Counted from the first letter of the stretch, positions 26,445 through 37,301 are shown. The stretch: DNA of 64,000 nt from Burkholderiales bacterium (GCA_035456405.1 DATIDG010000094.1:8625-72624); one strand, 5' to 3'. The notes: generated by a model from the sequence alone, not told the origin. Numbers and translations are program-made.

Positions 26445-27158
26445 ATGAAGCGATTGCTCGTCTTCCTTCTCGCGCTCGCGGCGGCCGGCGCCGCCGCGGC
26501 GGTCACCATCGACACGCGCCCCTTCACCCTCGCCGACGAGGCGACCGAGGTGGACGTCTATCTGCCGTCCGCGCTGCCGCCGCGCGGGCTCGCCGTGATC
26601 GCGCACGGCTTCACGCGGTCACGAGGACGGCACGGAATGCTCGCTGCCCGACTGGCGGAGGAGGGGTTCGCGGTTGCCGTGCCGGATCTTCCCCACTGGG
26701 TCCGGCACGACGCGAACGCCGATGCGATCGTCGCGCTCGTCGAGGCGGTGGCAGCGCAGCACGCGCTTGACGCGCGGCCCGTCGTGTTGATCGGAGCGTC
26801 CGCCGGCGGTCTGGCAGCGCTGCTCGCGACCGATCGCGTGCCGCGCCTCGCGCTCTGGATCGGGCTCGACCCGGTCGACACGTTCGGGATCTCGGAGGGC
26901 GCCGCGCGCAACCTGCAGGCGCCCGCGCTCGTGCTGCGGGCGCCGAGCGGCCCGTGCAACATCGGCGGCAGCGCGCGGCGGATTGCCGCGTGGCTGCCGA
27001 AGCGCCGCACCGAGCGGATCGACGGCGCTTCGCATTGCGACTTCGAGGACACCACCAATTGGCGTTGCGAGTCCGTCTGCGGGCCAGCCGACGCCGCGCG
27101 TCAGGCGCTGATCGTCGATGCGGCGGTCAACGCGGTGCGCGAGGCAGTGCCGCGCTGA
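26445..27158 (+). CDS. Secreted alpha/beta-hydrolase
   Basis: The ATG at 26445 gives the signal peptide MKRLLVFLLALAAAGAAAAV. VIAHGFT (oxyanion region) and the GASAGG nucleophile elbow are present. Confidence 0.75.
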   Translation: MKRLLVFLLALAAAGAAAAVTIDTRPFTLADEATEVDVYLPSALPPRGLAVIAHGFTRSRGRHGMLAARLAEEGFAVAVPDLPHWVRHDANADAIVALVEAVAAQHALDARPVVLIGASAGGLAALLATDRVPRLALWIGLDPVDTFGISEGAARNLQAPALVLRAPSGPCNIGGSARRIAAWLPKRRTERIDGASHCDFEDTTNWRCESVCGPADAARQALIVDAAVNAVREAVPR

Positions 27159-27321
27159 ACGCGACGCGCCTGCCTCAATGGCGCGCCGGCTCCGACAGCG
27201 GCGCGCTCCAGGCGTCGCAGCCGTAGAGCCAGGCGGTGTCGGGCTCGCCGCGCTTCATCCACGTGTTCGCGCGAGATCGCCTGGATGCGCGAGAAGACGC
27301 GCAAGGTCGGACGCCATCGCG

Positions 27322-29193
27322 TCAGGCCTGCTCCGGCTCCGGCGCCGCGTCGCGGTACAGCGCCTCGATGACGTCGGCGTACTTCTCCTCGATGCTCTTG
27401 CGGCGGAGCTTGAGCGTCGCGGTCATCTCGCCGTCGTCGTGGTCGAGCTCCTTGGCGAGGATGTGGAACCTGCGCACGTTCTGCACGCGCGGCATGCGCG
27501 CATTCGCCTTGTCGATCTCCGCTTGGATGAGCGCGCGCACGCGCTCGTTCTCGGCGAGGTTCTTGTAATTCGTGTAGGTGACGCCGTGCTCCTCGGCCCA
27601 CTTCCCGACCGTCTCGTAGTCGATCTGGATCAGCGCGGTCACGAAGTGCCGGCGCTCCCCGATCACCACCGCCTCGCGGATGAACGGGCTGAATTTCAGC
27701 AGGTTCTCGACCTCCGATGGCGCGATGTTCTTGCCGCCCGAGGTGATCATGATGTCCTTCTTGCGGTCGACGATGCGGATTTCTCGAATCTGGGCGAGCC
27801 CTTCCTTTCCCCCGGCGTCGCCGCCGACCCACTCGCCGATGTCCCCCGAGTGCAGCCAGCCGTCGGCATCGATGACCTCCGCGGTCGCCTGCGGGTTGCG
27901 GTAATAGCCCTTGAACACGGTGCGGCCGCGCATCAGCACCTCGCCGTCCTCGGCGAGCTTCACCGCGACGGTCGGCGTGGCGACGCCGACGGTGCCGGGG
28001 GGCGAATAGCCGGTCTTCTGGCCGAGCGCAAGGCCCGAGACCTCGGTCATGCCGTAAATCTCGAGGATCGGCACGCCGAGGACGCGGTAGAAGGCGAGGA
28101 GATCCGGCGACACCGGCGCGGTGCCGGAGAACGCAAGCCGGCAGCGGCGCAGCCCGATGAAGCTGGCGAGCGCGCGGAAGACCGCGAGGTACCAGAACGC
28201 GAACGCAACCCGGTTGGCCAGCGACCAGGTCGCGCGCGGCTTGACCGCGAACGCACGCACCGCCTCAAAGGACCGGTCGAACAGGCGCTTGCGATAACCG
28301 CCCGCCTCGCGCGCCTTGATGTCCATCGCGGCGTGGAGCTTCTCCCAGATGCGCGGCACGCCGAGGAAGATCGTCGGCGCGATCTCGCGCAGGTCGGACT
28401 GAACGGTGCGCAGGCTCTCCGCGAAGTTCACCGTGGCGCCGACGGCGAGCGGAACGAACACCGTGAAGCTCTGTTCGGCGACGTGGCACAGGGGCAGATA
28501 GGAGAGCACCGTGTCCGACGCGCTGAAGTCGTACATCTCCACGCCGCCTTCCGCCGCGGCGTTGATGTTGTCGTAGGAGATCATCGCGGCCTTCGGCCGC
28601 CCGGTGGATCCCGACGTGAAGATCATCAGCGCCGTGTCGTCGCCGCGCTGCGCGGCGAGCCGCTCGTCGACGAGCCCCGGCTGCGCGCGCTCGAGCTCCG
28701 CGCCGAGCCGCAGCACCGCTTCGAAGTCGCGGAGCTTCGCGCGGTCGTAGTGGCGCAGGCCCTTCGGGTCGATGACCACGACGGCCTCGAACGCCGGCAG
28801 CCGGGCCGCGCACTCGAGGACCTTGTCGACCTGCTCCTGGTCCTCGCAGACCACGTAGCGCGACTCGGATAGCGCGAGCAGGAATTCGACCTCCTCGGCG
28901 GGGCTGGTCGGATAAACGCCCACCGTGACGCCGCCGACCATCCCGAGGCCGAGCTGCGCGATCACCCATTCCTTGCGGTTCTCGCTGACGATCGCCACAT
29001 GGCCGCCGCGGGGCAGCCCGAGCGCAGTCATGCCGAGCCCGAAGTGCCGCGCGAGCCGGTCGTAGTCGGCCCAGGTGTACGGCTGCCAGATGCCGAAGTC
29101 CTTCTGCCGGAATGCGACGCGATCGGGCCACGTTGCTGCCCAGAAGCGGAGCCGCTGCGGGAGCGTGGCGTCGGGCGGCGGGCGCGTCGTCAC
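27322..29193 (-). CDS. AMP-dependent acyl-CoA synthetase (long-chain-fatty-acid-CoA ligase-like)
   Basis: 623-aa ORF with the AMP-binding motif IFTSGSTGRPKAAM. Its GTG start overlaps the upstream ABC ATPase stop (GTGA). Confidence 0.88.
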   Translation of the reverse strand: MTTRPPPDATLPQRLRFWAATWPDRVAFRQKDFGIWQPYTWADYDRLARHFGLGMTALGLPRGGHVAIVSENRKEWVIAQLGLGMVGGVTVGVYPTSPAEEVEFLLALSESRYVVCEDQEQVDKVLECAARLPAFEAVVVIDPKGLRHYDRAKLRDFEAVLRLGAELERAQPGLVDERLAAQRGDDTALMIFTSGSTGRPKAAMISYDNINAAAEGGVEMYDFSASDTVLSYLPLCHVAEQSFTVFVPLAVGATVNFAESLRTVQSDLREIAPTIFLGVPRIWEKLHAAMDIKAREAGGYRKRLFDRSFEAVRAFAVKPRATWSLANRVAFAFWYLAVFRALASFIGLRRCRLAFSGTAPVSPDLLAFYRVLGVPILEIYGMTEVSGLALGQKTGYSPPGTVGVATPTVAVKLAEDGEVLMRGRTVFKGYYRNPQATAEVIDADGWLHSGDIGEWVGGDAGGKEGLAQIREIRIVDRKKDIMITSGGKNIAPSEVENLLKFSPFIREAVVIGERRHFVTALIQIDYETVGKWAEEHGVTYTNYKNLAENERVRALIQAEIDKANARMPRVQNVRRFHILAKELDHDDGEMTATLKLRRKSIEEKYADVIEALYRDAAPEPEQA

Positions 29194-29999
29194 GACAGCC
29201 AGCGCTTGCGCCGCTTGTAGTGCTTCACGTCGCGGAAGCTCGCGACCTCGGTCGTCTGCTCGCCGTACCCGAGATAGAAGCGCTGGACGTCCGGGTCGTT
29301 GACGAGCCGCTTGGTGGGACCGTCGATCACCACTCGACCGGTCTCCATGATGTAGCCGTAGGCGGCGATGCCGAACGCCGCCATCGCGTTCTGCTCGACG
29401 AGCAGCATCGCGACGCCGCGCTCGGCGTTGATGCGCGCGACGATTCCGAAGATCTCGTCCACGACCATCGGCGCGAGGCCGAGCGAGGGCTCGTCGAGCA
29501 GCATCAGTACCGGCTCGGCGACGAGCGCGCGCCCGATGGCGAGCATCTGTTGCTCTCCGCCGGAGAGATAGCCGGCGAGCTGCCTGCGCCGCTCGGCGAG
29601 CCGCGGGAAGTAGCCGTACACCATCTCGAAGTCCGGCTTCGCGGCGCGGCCCGTGAGCGCGTTCGTCGCGGCGACGAGGTTCTCCTGCACCGTCAGGTCC
29701 TCGAACACGCGCCGGCCCTCGCGCACGTGCACGATCCCGCGGCGCGCGAGGAGGTGCGGCGCCGCGTGGTCGATCCGCTCGCCGCGGAACCGGATGCCGC
29801 CGGCGCCGATCGCGCCGTTCTCGAGCGGCAGCAGCCCCGACACCGCCTTGAGCGTGGTGGTCTTGCCCGCGCCGTTCGCGCCGAGCAGCGCGACGATGCC
29901 GCGCTCCGGCACTTCCAGCGAAAGGCCGCGCAACACCTGGATGGTATGGTGGTAGACCACCTCCAGGTTCTCCACGCCGAGCGCGGGAGCGGAGGTCAT
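29190..29999 (-). CDS. ABC transporter ATP-binding protein, LivF-like
   Basis: The ATG at 29999 is used. Walker A GANGAGKTT, signature LSGGEQQ and Walker B LMLLDEPS are present. Confidence 0.9.
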   Translation of the reverse strand: MTSAPALGVENLEVVYHHTIQVLRGLSLEVPERGIVALLGANGAGKTTTLKAVSGLLPLENGAIGAGGIRFRGERIDHAAPHLLARRGIVHVREGRRVFEDLTVQENLVAATNALTGRAAKPDFEMVYGYFPRLAERRRQLAGYLSGGEQQMLAIGRALVAEPVLMLLDEPSLGLAPMVVDEIFGIVARINAERGVAMLLVEQNAMAAFGIAAYGYIMETGRVVIDGPTKRLVNDPDVQRFYLGYGEQTTEVASFRDVKHYKRRKRWLS

Positions 30000-30007
30000 C
30001 CCGAACC

Positions 30008-31204
30008 TCAGCCGATAGTGATCCAGTCCGAGGCCGGCTCGATCGACTTGCCGGTCACCAGGTAGGTCCGGCCCGCTGGAATCGCGTGCGTCCTCATCGA
30101 CACCGGCACGCCGAAGATGCCGCCAGTGTCCCATTTGTTGATCGACTCGAGCGCCGCCTTCATGTTCGGGCCGGTCAGCTCCTTCTTCGCGCCGAGCGTA
30201 CGACCGATGACCTGGTCGAAGATCATGCCGACCAGCCATCCCTGCGTGTAGAACAGCGTCTGCCAGGGGCTGCCGGGCTTCCTCGAGCCGACCTCGCGGA
30301 TGAGCTCCATCGTGGGCGTCTTCTGGCTGTCGAAGGAGTAGCGGTACGGCATCACGCCGAGGAACCCGGCGCCGGTCGCGCCCATCTGGTCGATCGTCGT
30401 CTTGTCCATGCTGTAGATCGTCCCCATCCCGCGCGAGGAGAGGCCCGCCTCGCGCATCTGCCGGATGAACTCCGGGATCGGGGCGAGCACGTAGCCGTGG
30501 AAGATCACGAAGTCGGGCTTCGCGCGCCGCAGCTTGATCATCTCGGCCGAGACGTCGACCGCGCCGGGCTTGGTGACGATCTCCAGCGCCACCGGAATGC
30601 CGAGCTTCGCGGCCTTCGCCTTCCCGGCGGGGATCGGGTCGCGCCCGAACTCGGTGTCGGAGTACACGAAGGCCACCGACGGCTTGGTCGCGCCCGCCGC
30701 GCTGCGGCTCACGTGCTCCAGCAGGATCTCGATCATGCCGGAGTAGGTCGGGCCGGGCATGAAGTAGTAAGGCGCCTTCACCGGGTCGGCAAGGTCCGAC
30801 GAGAACGATGGTCCGGTCGCGAGCAGCGACCCGAGCTGGCTCACCTCCGGCGCGATCGCCTTCGCCCAGCCGGTGGAATCGCCGTAGAACAGGGGCGGTC
30901 TGTGCTGCGCCACGATCTTCTTGAAGATCGCGACCGACTGGTCGACCTTGTAGCCCGAGTCCTCGGCGACGTAGCGGAGCTTGCGCCCCGCGATGCCGCC
31001 CTGCGCGTTCTTCCACTCGACCCAGTCGCTGAGACCCGCGTGCAGGCCCGCCCCGGCGAACGCGAACACGCCGGTGATCGGCGGGGCGGCGCCGATGACG
31101 ATCTCGCCCGATTGCGCAAACACGCGCAGCGGCGCGCCAAGCGCCGCCGCCGCGCTTGCGGCGATGCCCGAGCCGATGAACCTGCGGCGATCGAAGCTGC
31201 TCAT
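30008..31204 (-). CDS. Periplasmic substrate-binding protein (LivK-type, type I PBP fold) with Tat-like signal
   Basis: The ATG at 31204 gives MSSFDRRRFIGSGIAASAAAALGAPLRVFAQ, a twin-arginine motif. The product is 398 aa. The upstream part of track ORF 30008-32215 is artefact. Confidence 0.85.
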   Translation of the reverse strand: MSSFDRRRFIGSGIAASAAAALGAPLRVFAQSGEIVIGAAPPITGVFAFAGAGLHAGLSDWVEWKNAQGGIAGRKLRYVAEDSGYKVDQSVAIFKKIVAQHRPPLFYGDSTGWAKAIAPEVSQLGSLLATGPSFSSDLADPVKAPYYFMPGPTYSGMIEILLEHVSRSAAGATKPSVAFVYSDTEFGRDPIPAGKAKAAKLGIPVALEIVTKPGAVDVSAEMIKLRRAKPDFVIFHGYVLAPIPEFIRQMREAGLSSRGMGTIYSMDKTTIDQMGATGAGFLGVMPYRYSFDSQKTPTMELIREVGSRKPGSPWQTLFYTQGWLVGMIFDQVIGRTLGAKKELTGPNMKAALESINKWDTGGIFGVPVSMRTHAIPAGRTYLVTGKSIEPASDWITIG

Positions 31205-31242
31205 GTGTACCTCCTCCTGTCGTGGATCGCGATGCCGGAATG

Positions 31243-32286
31243 CTACGTCCTGAAAGGCCACAAGTGGAAGAACCGACGCACCCGCCGCCAGATTTCGGCG
31301 AGGCCGTGCGGCTCGAAGATCAGGAATCCGACGATCAGCAGGCCGAACACGACCTGACGGATCGACGCGAGAAAGACCCCGGCCTCCTGCACTCCGAGCG
31401 CCTCGGCCCAGGCGACGAGCGCGCGCAGCACTTCCGGGACCATCGTCATGAAGGTCGCGCCCAGGATCGTGCCGAGGATCGATCCGAGACCCCCGACGAT
31501 GATCGCGGCGAGGTAGAAGACCGAGAGCGGCAGGCCGAACAGCTCCGGGGTCGCGACCCGGAAGAAGTAGCCCCAGAGCCCGCCCGCGACGCCGGCGTAG
31601 AACGACCCGATCGCGAAGGCGAGCAGCTTGTGGTGGAAGAGGCTGATGCCGAGCACCTCGGCCGAGATGTCGCGGTCCCGGATCGCGATGAACGCGCGCC
31701 CGACACGGGTGCGGAAGAGGTTTCGGGCGCCAAGAAGCATCACGACCGCGAGCGGCACGATCAGGAAGTAGATGCGCTGGTCGCCCGCCAGCTCGAAGCC
31801 GAAGAGGGACGCGGCAGGAACGTTGGCGCCGCGCACGCCGCCCGTCACCGACTCCCACTCGCGGAAGACGAAGCCGAGCACGAACTGCGCGGCGAGCGTG
31901 GCCACCGCGAAATAGAGACCCTTGATGCGCAGGCTGGGGATGCCGACCACCAGCCCGATCGCGGCGCTTACGAGGCCCGCCAGCGGCAGCGCGAGGTAGA
32001 ACGGGATGCTCGCTTTCTCGGCCACCGCCACGGTGTAGCAGCCGACGCCCATGAAGGCCGCGTGCCCGAGCGAGATGAGGCCGGTGTAGCCGGTCATGAT
32101 GTTGAGGCCGGCCGCACTGATCAGGTGGATGCCGAGGAGGCAAGCGAGGTAGACGAAGTAGCTCCCGCCGACGAATGGGAACGCGGCGAGCGCCGCGAGC
32201 AGCACGCCGAGCCATGCCCTCTGGACGCGCGTGTCGAACAGCGCCTCGTCGTGGCGGTAGCTGGCGTGGAAATCCCCGATTCTCAC
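31243..32286 (-). CDS. ABC transporter permease, LivM-like
   Basis: 347-aa polytopic ORF with a GTG start, in HAAT-family operon context. Confidence 0.88.
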   Translation of the reverse strand: MRIGDFHASYRHDEALFDTRVQRAWLGVLLAALAAFPFVGGSYFVYLACLLGIHLISAAGLNIMTGYTGLISLGHAAFMGVGCYTVAVAEKASIPFYLALPLAGLVSAAIGLVVGIPSLRIKGLYFAVATLAAQFVLGFVFREWESVTGGVRGANVPAASLFGFELAGDQRIYFLIVPLAVVMLLGARNLFRTRVGRAFIAIRDRDISAEVLGISLFHHKLLAFAIGSFYAGVAGGLWGYFFRVATPELFGLPLSVFYLAAIIVGGLGSILGTILGATFMTMVPEVLRALVAWAEALGVQEAGVFLASIRQVVFGLLIVGFLIFEPHGLAEIWRRVRRFFHLWPFRT

Positions 32287-32375
32287 GAGAACCCCTTACG
32301 CCACAGAGAGCACGGGGGACACGGAGAATGGAGAAGTCGGATTGGTCATGTCCGTGTCCGCTGCAGCCGAGGCTC
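32287..32375. repeat. REP-like intercistronic element (core inverted repeat GGACACGGA / TCCGTGTCC)
   Basis: The 89-nt spacer between the livH-like stop and the livM-like start contains CCACAGAGAGCACGG. A 9-bp inverted repeat lies at 32317-32325 and 32351-32359. The core is shared with the element at 38652-38762. Confidence 0.7.
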
Positions 32376-33254
32376 TCAAAGCCTTTCGATGTCCCGAGTT
32401 CCGAACAGGCCGTACGGCCGCACCATCAGGATCACCAGGACGACGAGGTAGGGCACGACGTCGCGCGCCTGGCCGCCGATGAACGCGACAGTGATGCTCT
32501 CCAGCCAGCCGACGATGAGCCCGGCGATGATCGCGCCGGCGATGCTGTCGAGCCCGCCGAGGATGATCACCGCCAGCACGCCGAGCGCCACGGTGCCGAG
32601 CGTCGGCGAGAGGCTGGTCATCGAGGCCACGATGATGCCGGCGACCGCGCCGGTGACGCCGGCAAAGATCCAAGTCAGGCGTTGCGTCCTGCGGACGTCG
32701 ATCCCCATCGCGTACGCGGTCACCGGGTCGGACGCTGCCGCCCGCATCGACACGCCGCCCTTCGACCAGTGAAAGTACGCCGTGAAGCCCGCAATCAGCG
32801 CGACGGCCAGCGCGAAGCTCCACAGCACCTGGCCCGGCAGGAGGACTTCGCCGAGGATCAGCGGCTTGCGCGGGAGGATCTCCGGCAGCGCGAGGTTGGC
32901 GCCGCCCCAAATCGCCTCCGCGGCGCCGTGCAGCACCGCGCCGAGCCCGATCGTGGCCATGACGATGCTGATCACCGGCTGCCCGGCGAGCGGGCGCAGC
33001 ACGAAGCGCTCCACCACCGCGCCGAGACCCGCGATGCCGACAAGCGTGAGTGCGAGCGCCGCCCACCACGGCAGCTTCAGGAAGACGTGCGTGGTCCAGA
33101 AGAGGTACGCCCCGACCATCATGAACTCGCCCATCGCGAAGTTGATGACGCGCGTGCCCTTGTAGACGAGCACGAAGCCGAGGGCGATCAGCGCCAGGAC
33201 GCCGCCCGAAAGCAGCCCGACGAGGCTGAATTCGGCGAGGAGGAGCCAGTCCAT
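32376..33254 (-). CDS. ABC transporter permease, LivH-like
   Basis: The ATG at 33254 gives MDWLLLAEFSLVGLLSGGVLALIALGFVLVYKGTRVINFAMGE, a typical LivH N-terminus. Confidence 0.9.
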   Translation of the reverse strand: MDWLLLAEFSLVGLLSGGVLALIALGFVLVYKGTRVINFAMGEFMMVGAYLFWTTHVFLKLPWWAALALTLVGIAGLGAVVERFVLRPLAGQPVISIVMATIGLGAVLHGAAEAIWGGANLALPEILPRKPLILGEVLLPGQVLWSFALAVALIAGFTAYFHWSKGGVSMRAAASDPVTAYAMGIDVRRTQRLTWIFAGVTGAVAGIIVASMTSLSPTLGTVALGVLAVIILGGLDSIAGAIIAGLIVGWLESITVAFIGGQARDVVPYLVVLVILMVRPYGLFGTRDIERL

Positions 33255-33259
33255 CGTTG

Positions 33260-34045
<786 letters not shown>

Positions 34046-34126
34046 CGGGTCCTCCTCGGAAGGCGCGCGGCCTGCGCGGTCTCGCGCCGCGCTCGCGGGC
34101 GCGGCGACTATAGCATGCGGCTGCGG

Positions 34127-34136
34127 CTAGAATCGC
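34127..34136 (+). promoter_or_regulatory. CTAGAATCGC box, candidate -10 promoter of the thiolase gene
   Basis: ggCTAGAATCGCgct lies 21 nt upstream of the ATG at 34155. SD AGGAGG lies at 34143-34148. Confidence 0.4.
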
Positions 34137-34154
34137 GCTCACAGGAGGTGCGTC

Positions 34155-35345
34155 ATGGCGGACGTGGACGTCGTGCTCGCGGGCGGCATGCGCACGCCTT
34201 TCGGTGATTTCGGCAAGTCGCTGCGCGAGGTGCCGCTCGCCGCGCTCGGCGTTCATGCCGCGAAGGCGTGTCTCGGCAAGGCCGGTCTCACCGCATCGCA
34301 GGTCGACCATCTCGTGTTCGGCAACGTGGTGCCGGTCGACTACGACGGGCACTTCGTCAGCCGCAAGGTCGCCCTGGGCGCCGGGCTGCCGGTCGAGTCG
34401 AGCGCGTTCGCGGTCAACCGTGCGTGCGCGTCCGGCTCGCAGGCGATCGCAAGCGCGGCGCAGAACGTGCGCGAGGGCCTCTCCGACATCGCTCTCGCGG
34501 TCGGCGGCGAGAACTTCTCGCGCGTGCCGTACGTCTCGCAGGGGACGCGCTGGGGCGCGCAGCGCGGGCCCGCGGCGCTCGACGACGGACTGGACTACGC
34601 TTACCGCTGCCCGTTCTCGCGCGAGCTGATGGGCGAGACCGCCGAGAACCTGACGGAGCGATTCGGCTACAAGCGCGAGGACATGGACGATTGGGGGCTC
34701 ATGAGCCAGATGCGCGCCCGCGAAGCGATCGAGGGCGGCTTCCTCGCGCAGCAGATTGCCCCGATCGAGGTGCCGGACGGCAAGGGCACGCGCCTGTTCG
34801 AGCGCGACGAGTTCCCGCGCTTCAACGTGACGCGCGAGAAGCTCGCGAGCCTCAAGCCGGCGTTCCGCGCCGGCGGCTGCGTGACGGCGGGCAACTCAAG
34901 CGGCGTGACTGACGGCGCCGCGGCGGTGATCGTGGCCGCGCGCCGCGCTCTAGAGCAGGCGGACGTGCGGCCGGAAGCGCGCGTGGTCGCTTACGTGACC
35001 GTCGGCGTCCCACCCGAGATCATGGGCGCGGGGCCGGTCCCGGCGATCGACGAGCTGCTGCGGCGCACCGGCCTGCGCGTCGACGAGATCGACTACTTCG
35101 AGATCAACGAGGCGTTCGCCGTGGTCAACCTGCACGCGGAGGCCGAGCTGAAGATCCCGCGCGAGCGGACGAACCTCTACGGCGGCGGCATCTCGATCGG
35201 CCACCCGCCGGGAGCGACGGGAATCCGGATGACGATCACTGCGATGCGCCACCTCGCCGCCGCGCGCGGCCGCTACGCCATCATCAGCATGTGCTGCGGT
35301 GCCGGGCAGGGGATGGCGACGCTGATCGAGAATCTGCGATACTGA
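34155..35345 (+). CDS. Thiolase (acetyl-CoA C-acyltransferase family)
   Basis: 396-aa ORF. NRACASGSQAI contains the active-site Cys. The C-terminal NLYGGGISIGHPPGATG and SMCCGAGQG motifs are present. Confidence 0.88.
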   Translation: MADVDVVLAGGMRTPFGDFGKSLREVPLAALGVHAAKACLGKAGLTASQVDHLVFGNVVPVDYDGHFVSRKVALGAGLPVESSAFAVNRACASGSQAIASAAQNVREGLSDIALAVGGENFSRVPYVSQGTRWGAQRGPAALDDGLDYAYRCPFSRELMGETAENLTERFGYKREDMDDWGLMSQMRAREAIEGGFLAQQIAPIEVPDGKGTRLFERDEFPRFNVTREKLASLKPAFRAGGCVTAGNSSGVTDGAAAVIVAARRALEQADVRPEARVVAYVTVGVPPEIMGAGPVPAIDELLRRTGLRVDEIDYFEINEAFAVVNLHAEAELKIPRERTNLYGGGISIGHPPGATGIRMTITAMRHLAAARGRYAIISMCCGAGQGMATLIENLRY

Positions 35346-35364
35346 CGCGTCAACGGAGCGTTCG

Positions 35365-35715
35365 ATGTCTGCACCGACCCCCGCCAAGCCCAGAGGCTCC
35401 CGCGTCGCCTGCTCGGTGCGCACGAGCGACGGCGCCAACGGCGTCTATTCCGTCTTTCCCGGCGCGGAGCCCAAGTCGATCGGCACCGTCGAAGCGGTCA
35501 AGTGGGACAAACAGCCGACCGGTCCGGTCACGCAAGGCGTCTTCACGATCATCGGCGAGATGGGGATGACTGGCCAGGTGATCCTGGTCGACCAATTCAA
35601 GTGGGAAGCGCTGCAGAAGACCAAGCTCGAGAACCACTTCTACGCGGCGCTCCTCTGGGGCGGAACGCCGCTGAAAGTCGTCGACGACGCGGTGGTGATG
35701 ACGAAGCGGGGCTGA
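35365..35715 (+). CDS. Hypothetical protein, no family recognised
   Basis: 116-aa ORF. It starts 19 nt after the thiolase stop, with GGAG 8 nt upstream of the ATG. Its composition is non-repetitive and non-Arg-biased (…VEAVKWDKQPTGPVTQGVFTIIGEMGMTGQVILVDQFKWEALQK…). Confidence 0.6.
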   Translation: MSAPTPAKPRGSRVACSVRTSDGANGVYSVFPGAEPKSIGTVEAVKWDKQPTGPVTQGVFTIIGEMGMTGQVILVDQFKWEALQKTKLENHFYAALLWGGTPLKVVDDAVVMTKRG

Positions 35716-35716
35716 G

Positions 35717-36865
35717 CTAGCGCCCCTCGAACAGCTTTCGGGCGATGATCTCCTTCATGATCTCGTTCGCCCCACCATATATGCGCTGAACGCGGGCGTC
35801 GGCCCAGGCGCGCGCGATCGGGTATTCCCGCATGTAGCCGTAGCCGCCGTGCAGCTGCAGGCAGGCGTCGATGACGCGGTTCTGCATGTCGGTCAGCCAG
35901 TACTTCGCCATCGACGCGGTCGCGGTGTCGAGCTTGCCCTCGAGGTGGAGCGCGATGCAGTGGTCGAGGAACGCGCGGCCGATCGTCACCTCGGTGTGCG
36001 CCTCGGTGAGGGCGAAGCGCACGTGCTGCTTCTCGGCGAGCGGCGCGCCGAAGGCCTTGCGCTCCCGCACGTAGTCCACTGTCCACCGGATCGCCGACTC
36101 GGCGGCGGCGACCGCGCCGATCGCGACGAGCAGGCGCTCCTGGGGCAGCTGTGACATGAGGTAGCCGAAGCCCTTGCCCTCTGCGCCGAGCAGGTTTGAT
36201 GCGGGTACGCGCACCTCGTCGAAGAGCAGCTCCGAGGTGTCCTGGGCGTGCATCCCGACCTTCTCGAGGTTGCGACCGCGCGCGAACCCGGGACGGTCGG
36301 CCTCGACCAGCACGAGGCTCACGCCTTTCGCGCCTGCTTCCGGATCGGTCTTCGCCGCGACAAGGAACAGGTCGGCGATCTGGCCGTTCGAGATGAAGAT
36401 CTTCTGGCCGCTGATCACGAGTTCGTCGCCATCCCGCCGCGCCCGCGTGCGGATCGCGGCGACGTCGCTGCCGGTGCCCGGCTCGGTCATGCAGATGCCG
36501 GAGATCGTCTCGCCAGTGGCCATTCGCGGCAACCACTTGCGCTTCTGATCCTCGCTCCCGTAGTGGATCAGGTACGGCGCGACGATGTCCGAGTGCAGGT
36601 AGAAAAGCGGCCCGGTCGCCCCCGCCCAGCACAGCTCCTCGGTGACGATCGTCGAGAGCAGGAAGTCGCCGCCCCCGCCGCCGTACTCGGCCGGTAGTGC
36701 GGGGCAGAGGAAGCCCAGCTCGCCCGCCTTGCGCCACAGCTCGCGCGGAACCTGCCCCCGCTCCTCCCAGTCGCCGTGATGCGGCGCGACTTCGCGTTCG
36801 ACGAATCGCCGGACGGTCTCGCGGAAGGCGTAATGCTCGTCGGTGTAGGGGAGGGTGAAGCTCAT
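35717..36865 (-). CDS. Acyl-CoA dehydrogenase
   Basis: 382-aa ORF, MSFTLPYTDEHYAFRETVRRFVEREV..., with MTEPGTGSD and QLHGGYGY motifs. Confidence 0.9.
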   Translation of the reverse strand: MSFTLPYTDEHYAFRETVRRFVEREVAPHHGDWEERGQVPRELWRKAGELGFLCPALPAEYGGGGGDFLLSTIVTEELCWAGATGPLFYLHSDIVAPYLIHYGSEDQKRKWLPRMATGETISGICMTEPGTGSDVAAIRTRARRDGDELVISGQKIFISNGQIADLFLVAAKTDPEAGAKGVSLVLVEADRPGFARGRNLEKVGMHAQDTSELLFDEVRVPASNLLGAEGKGFGYLMSQLPQERLLVAIGAVAAAESAIRWTVDYVRERKAFGAPLAEKQHVRFALTEAHTEVTIGRAFLDHCIALHLEGKLDTATASMAKYWLTDMQNRVIDACLQLHGGYGYMREYPIARAWADARVQRIYGGANEIMKEIIARKLFEGR

Positions 36866-36869
36866 CGCG

Positions 36870-37301
36870 TCAGGCGTGCTTGGCGTCGTGGGGCCGGGAA
36901 GTGACGTAGACCGTGCCGGTGAACGAGGAGACCGGCGTCCCGTCCGCCCGCGTCACGTCCACACGATACACGCCCAGCCGGCGCGTGCGCGTGATCTCGA
37001 TCGCGTTTGCGGTCAGCACGTCGCCGGCCTGCACCGCGACCTGGTAGGTGATGTGCGCGTCGATGCCGGCGGCGATAGTGCCGTGCGAGTTGGAGGCGAG
37101 CCCGAACGCGGTGTCGGCGAGCGCGAAGATCACGCCACCGTGGCAGCTCCCGTTGAAGTTGAGATGGTCCCTGCGCACCTTGAGCGAGACCGCCGCGCGG
37201 CCGAAGCCGCCGTCGATGCATTCGATTCCGAGACTGCGAGTGAGCGGATCGTGCGCAGCCATGTGCGCGATCCGCTTGCGGGCCTGTTCGTCGCGATCCA
37301 T
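36870..37301 (-). CDS. PaaI-family hotdog thioesterase
   Basis: 143-aa ORF. NFNGSCHGGVIFALADTAFG is a PaaI/4HBT class II motif. Confidence 0.85.
   Translation of the reverse strand: MDRDEQARKRIAHMAAHDPLTRSLGIECIDGGFGRAAVSLKVRRDHLNFNGSCHGGVIFALADTAFGLASNSHGTIAAGIDAHITYQVAVQAGDVLTANAIEITRTRRLGVYRVDVTRADGTPVSSFTGTVYVTSRPHDAKHA

Noticed and set aside
27159-27321. Small ORFs (MASDLARLLAHPGDLARTRG; MKRGEPDTAWLYGCDAWSAPLSEPARH) in the 163-bp convergent spacer, and a GCGCGCC...GGCGCGC hairpin
   Set aside because: The ORFs have no SD, no recognisable family and upstream frames that are junk. The hairpin lacks a U-tract. There is insufficient support for a gene, a remnant or a terminator.
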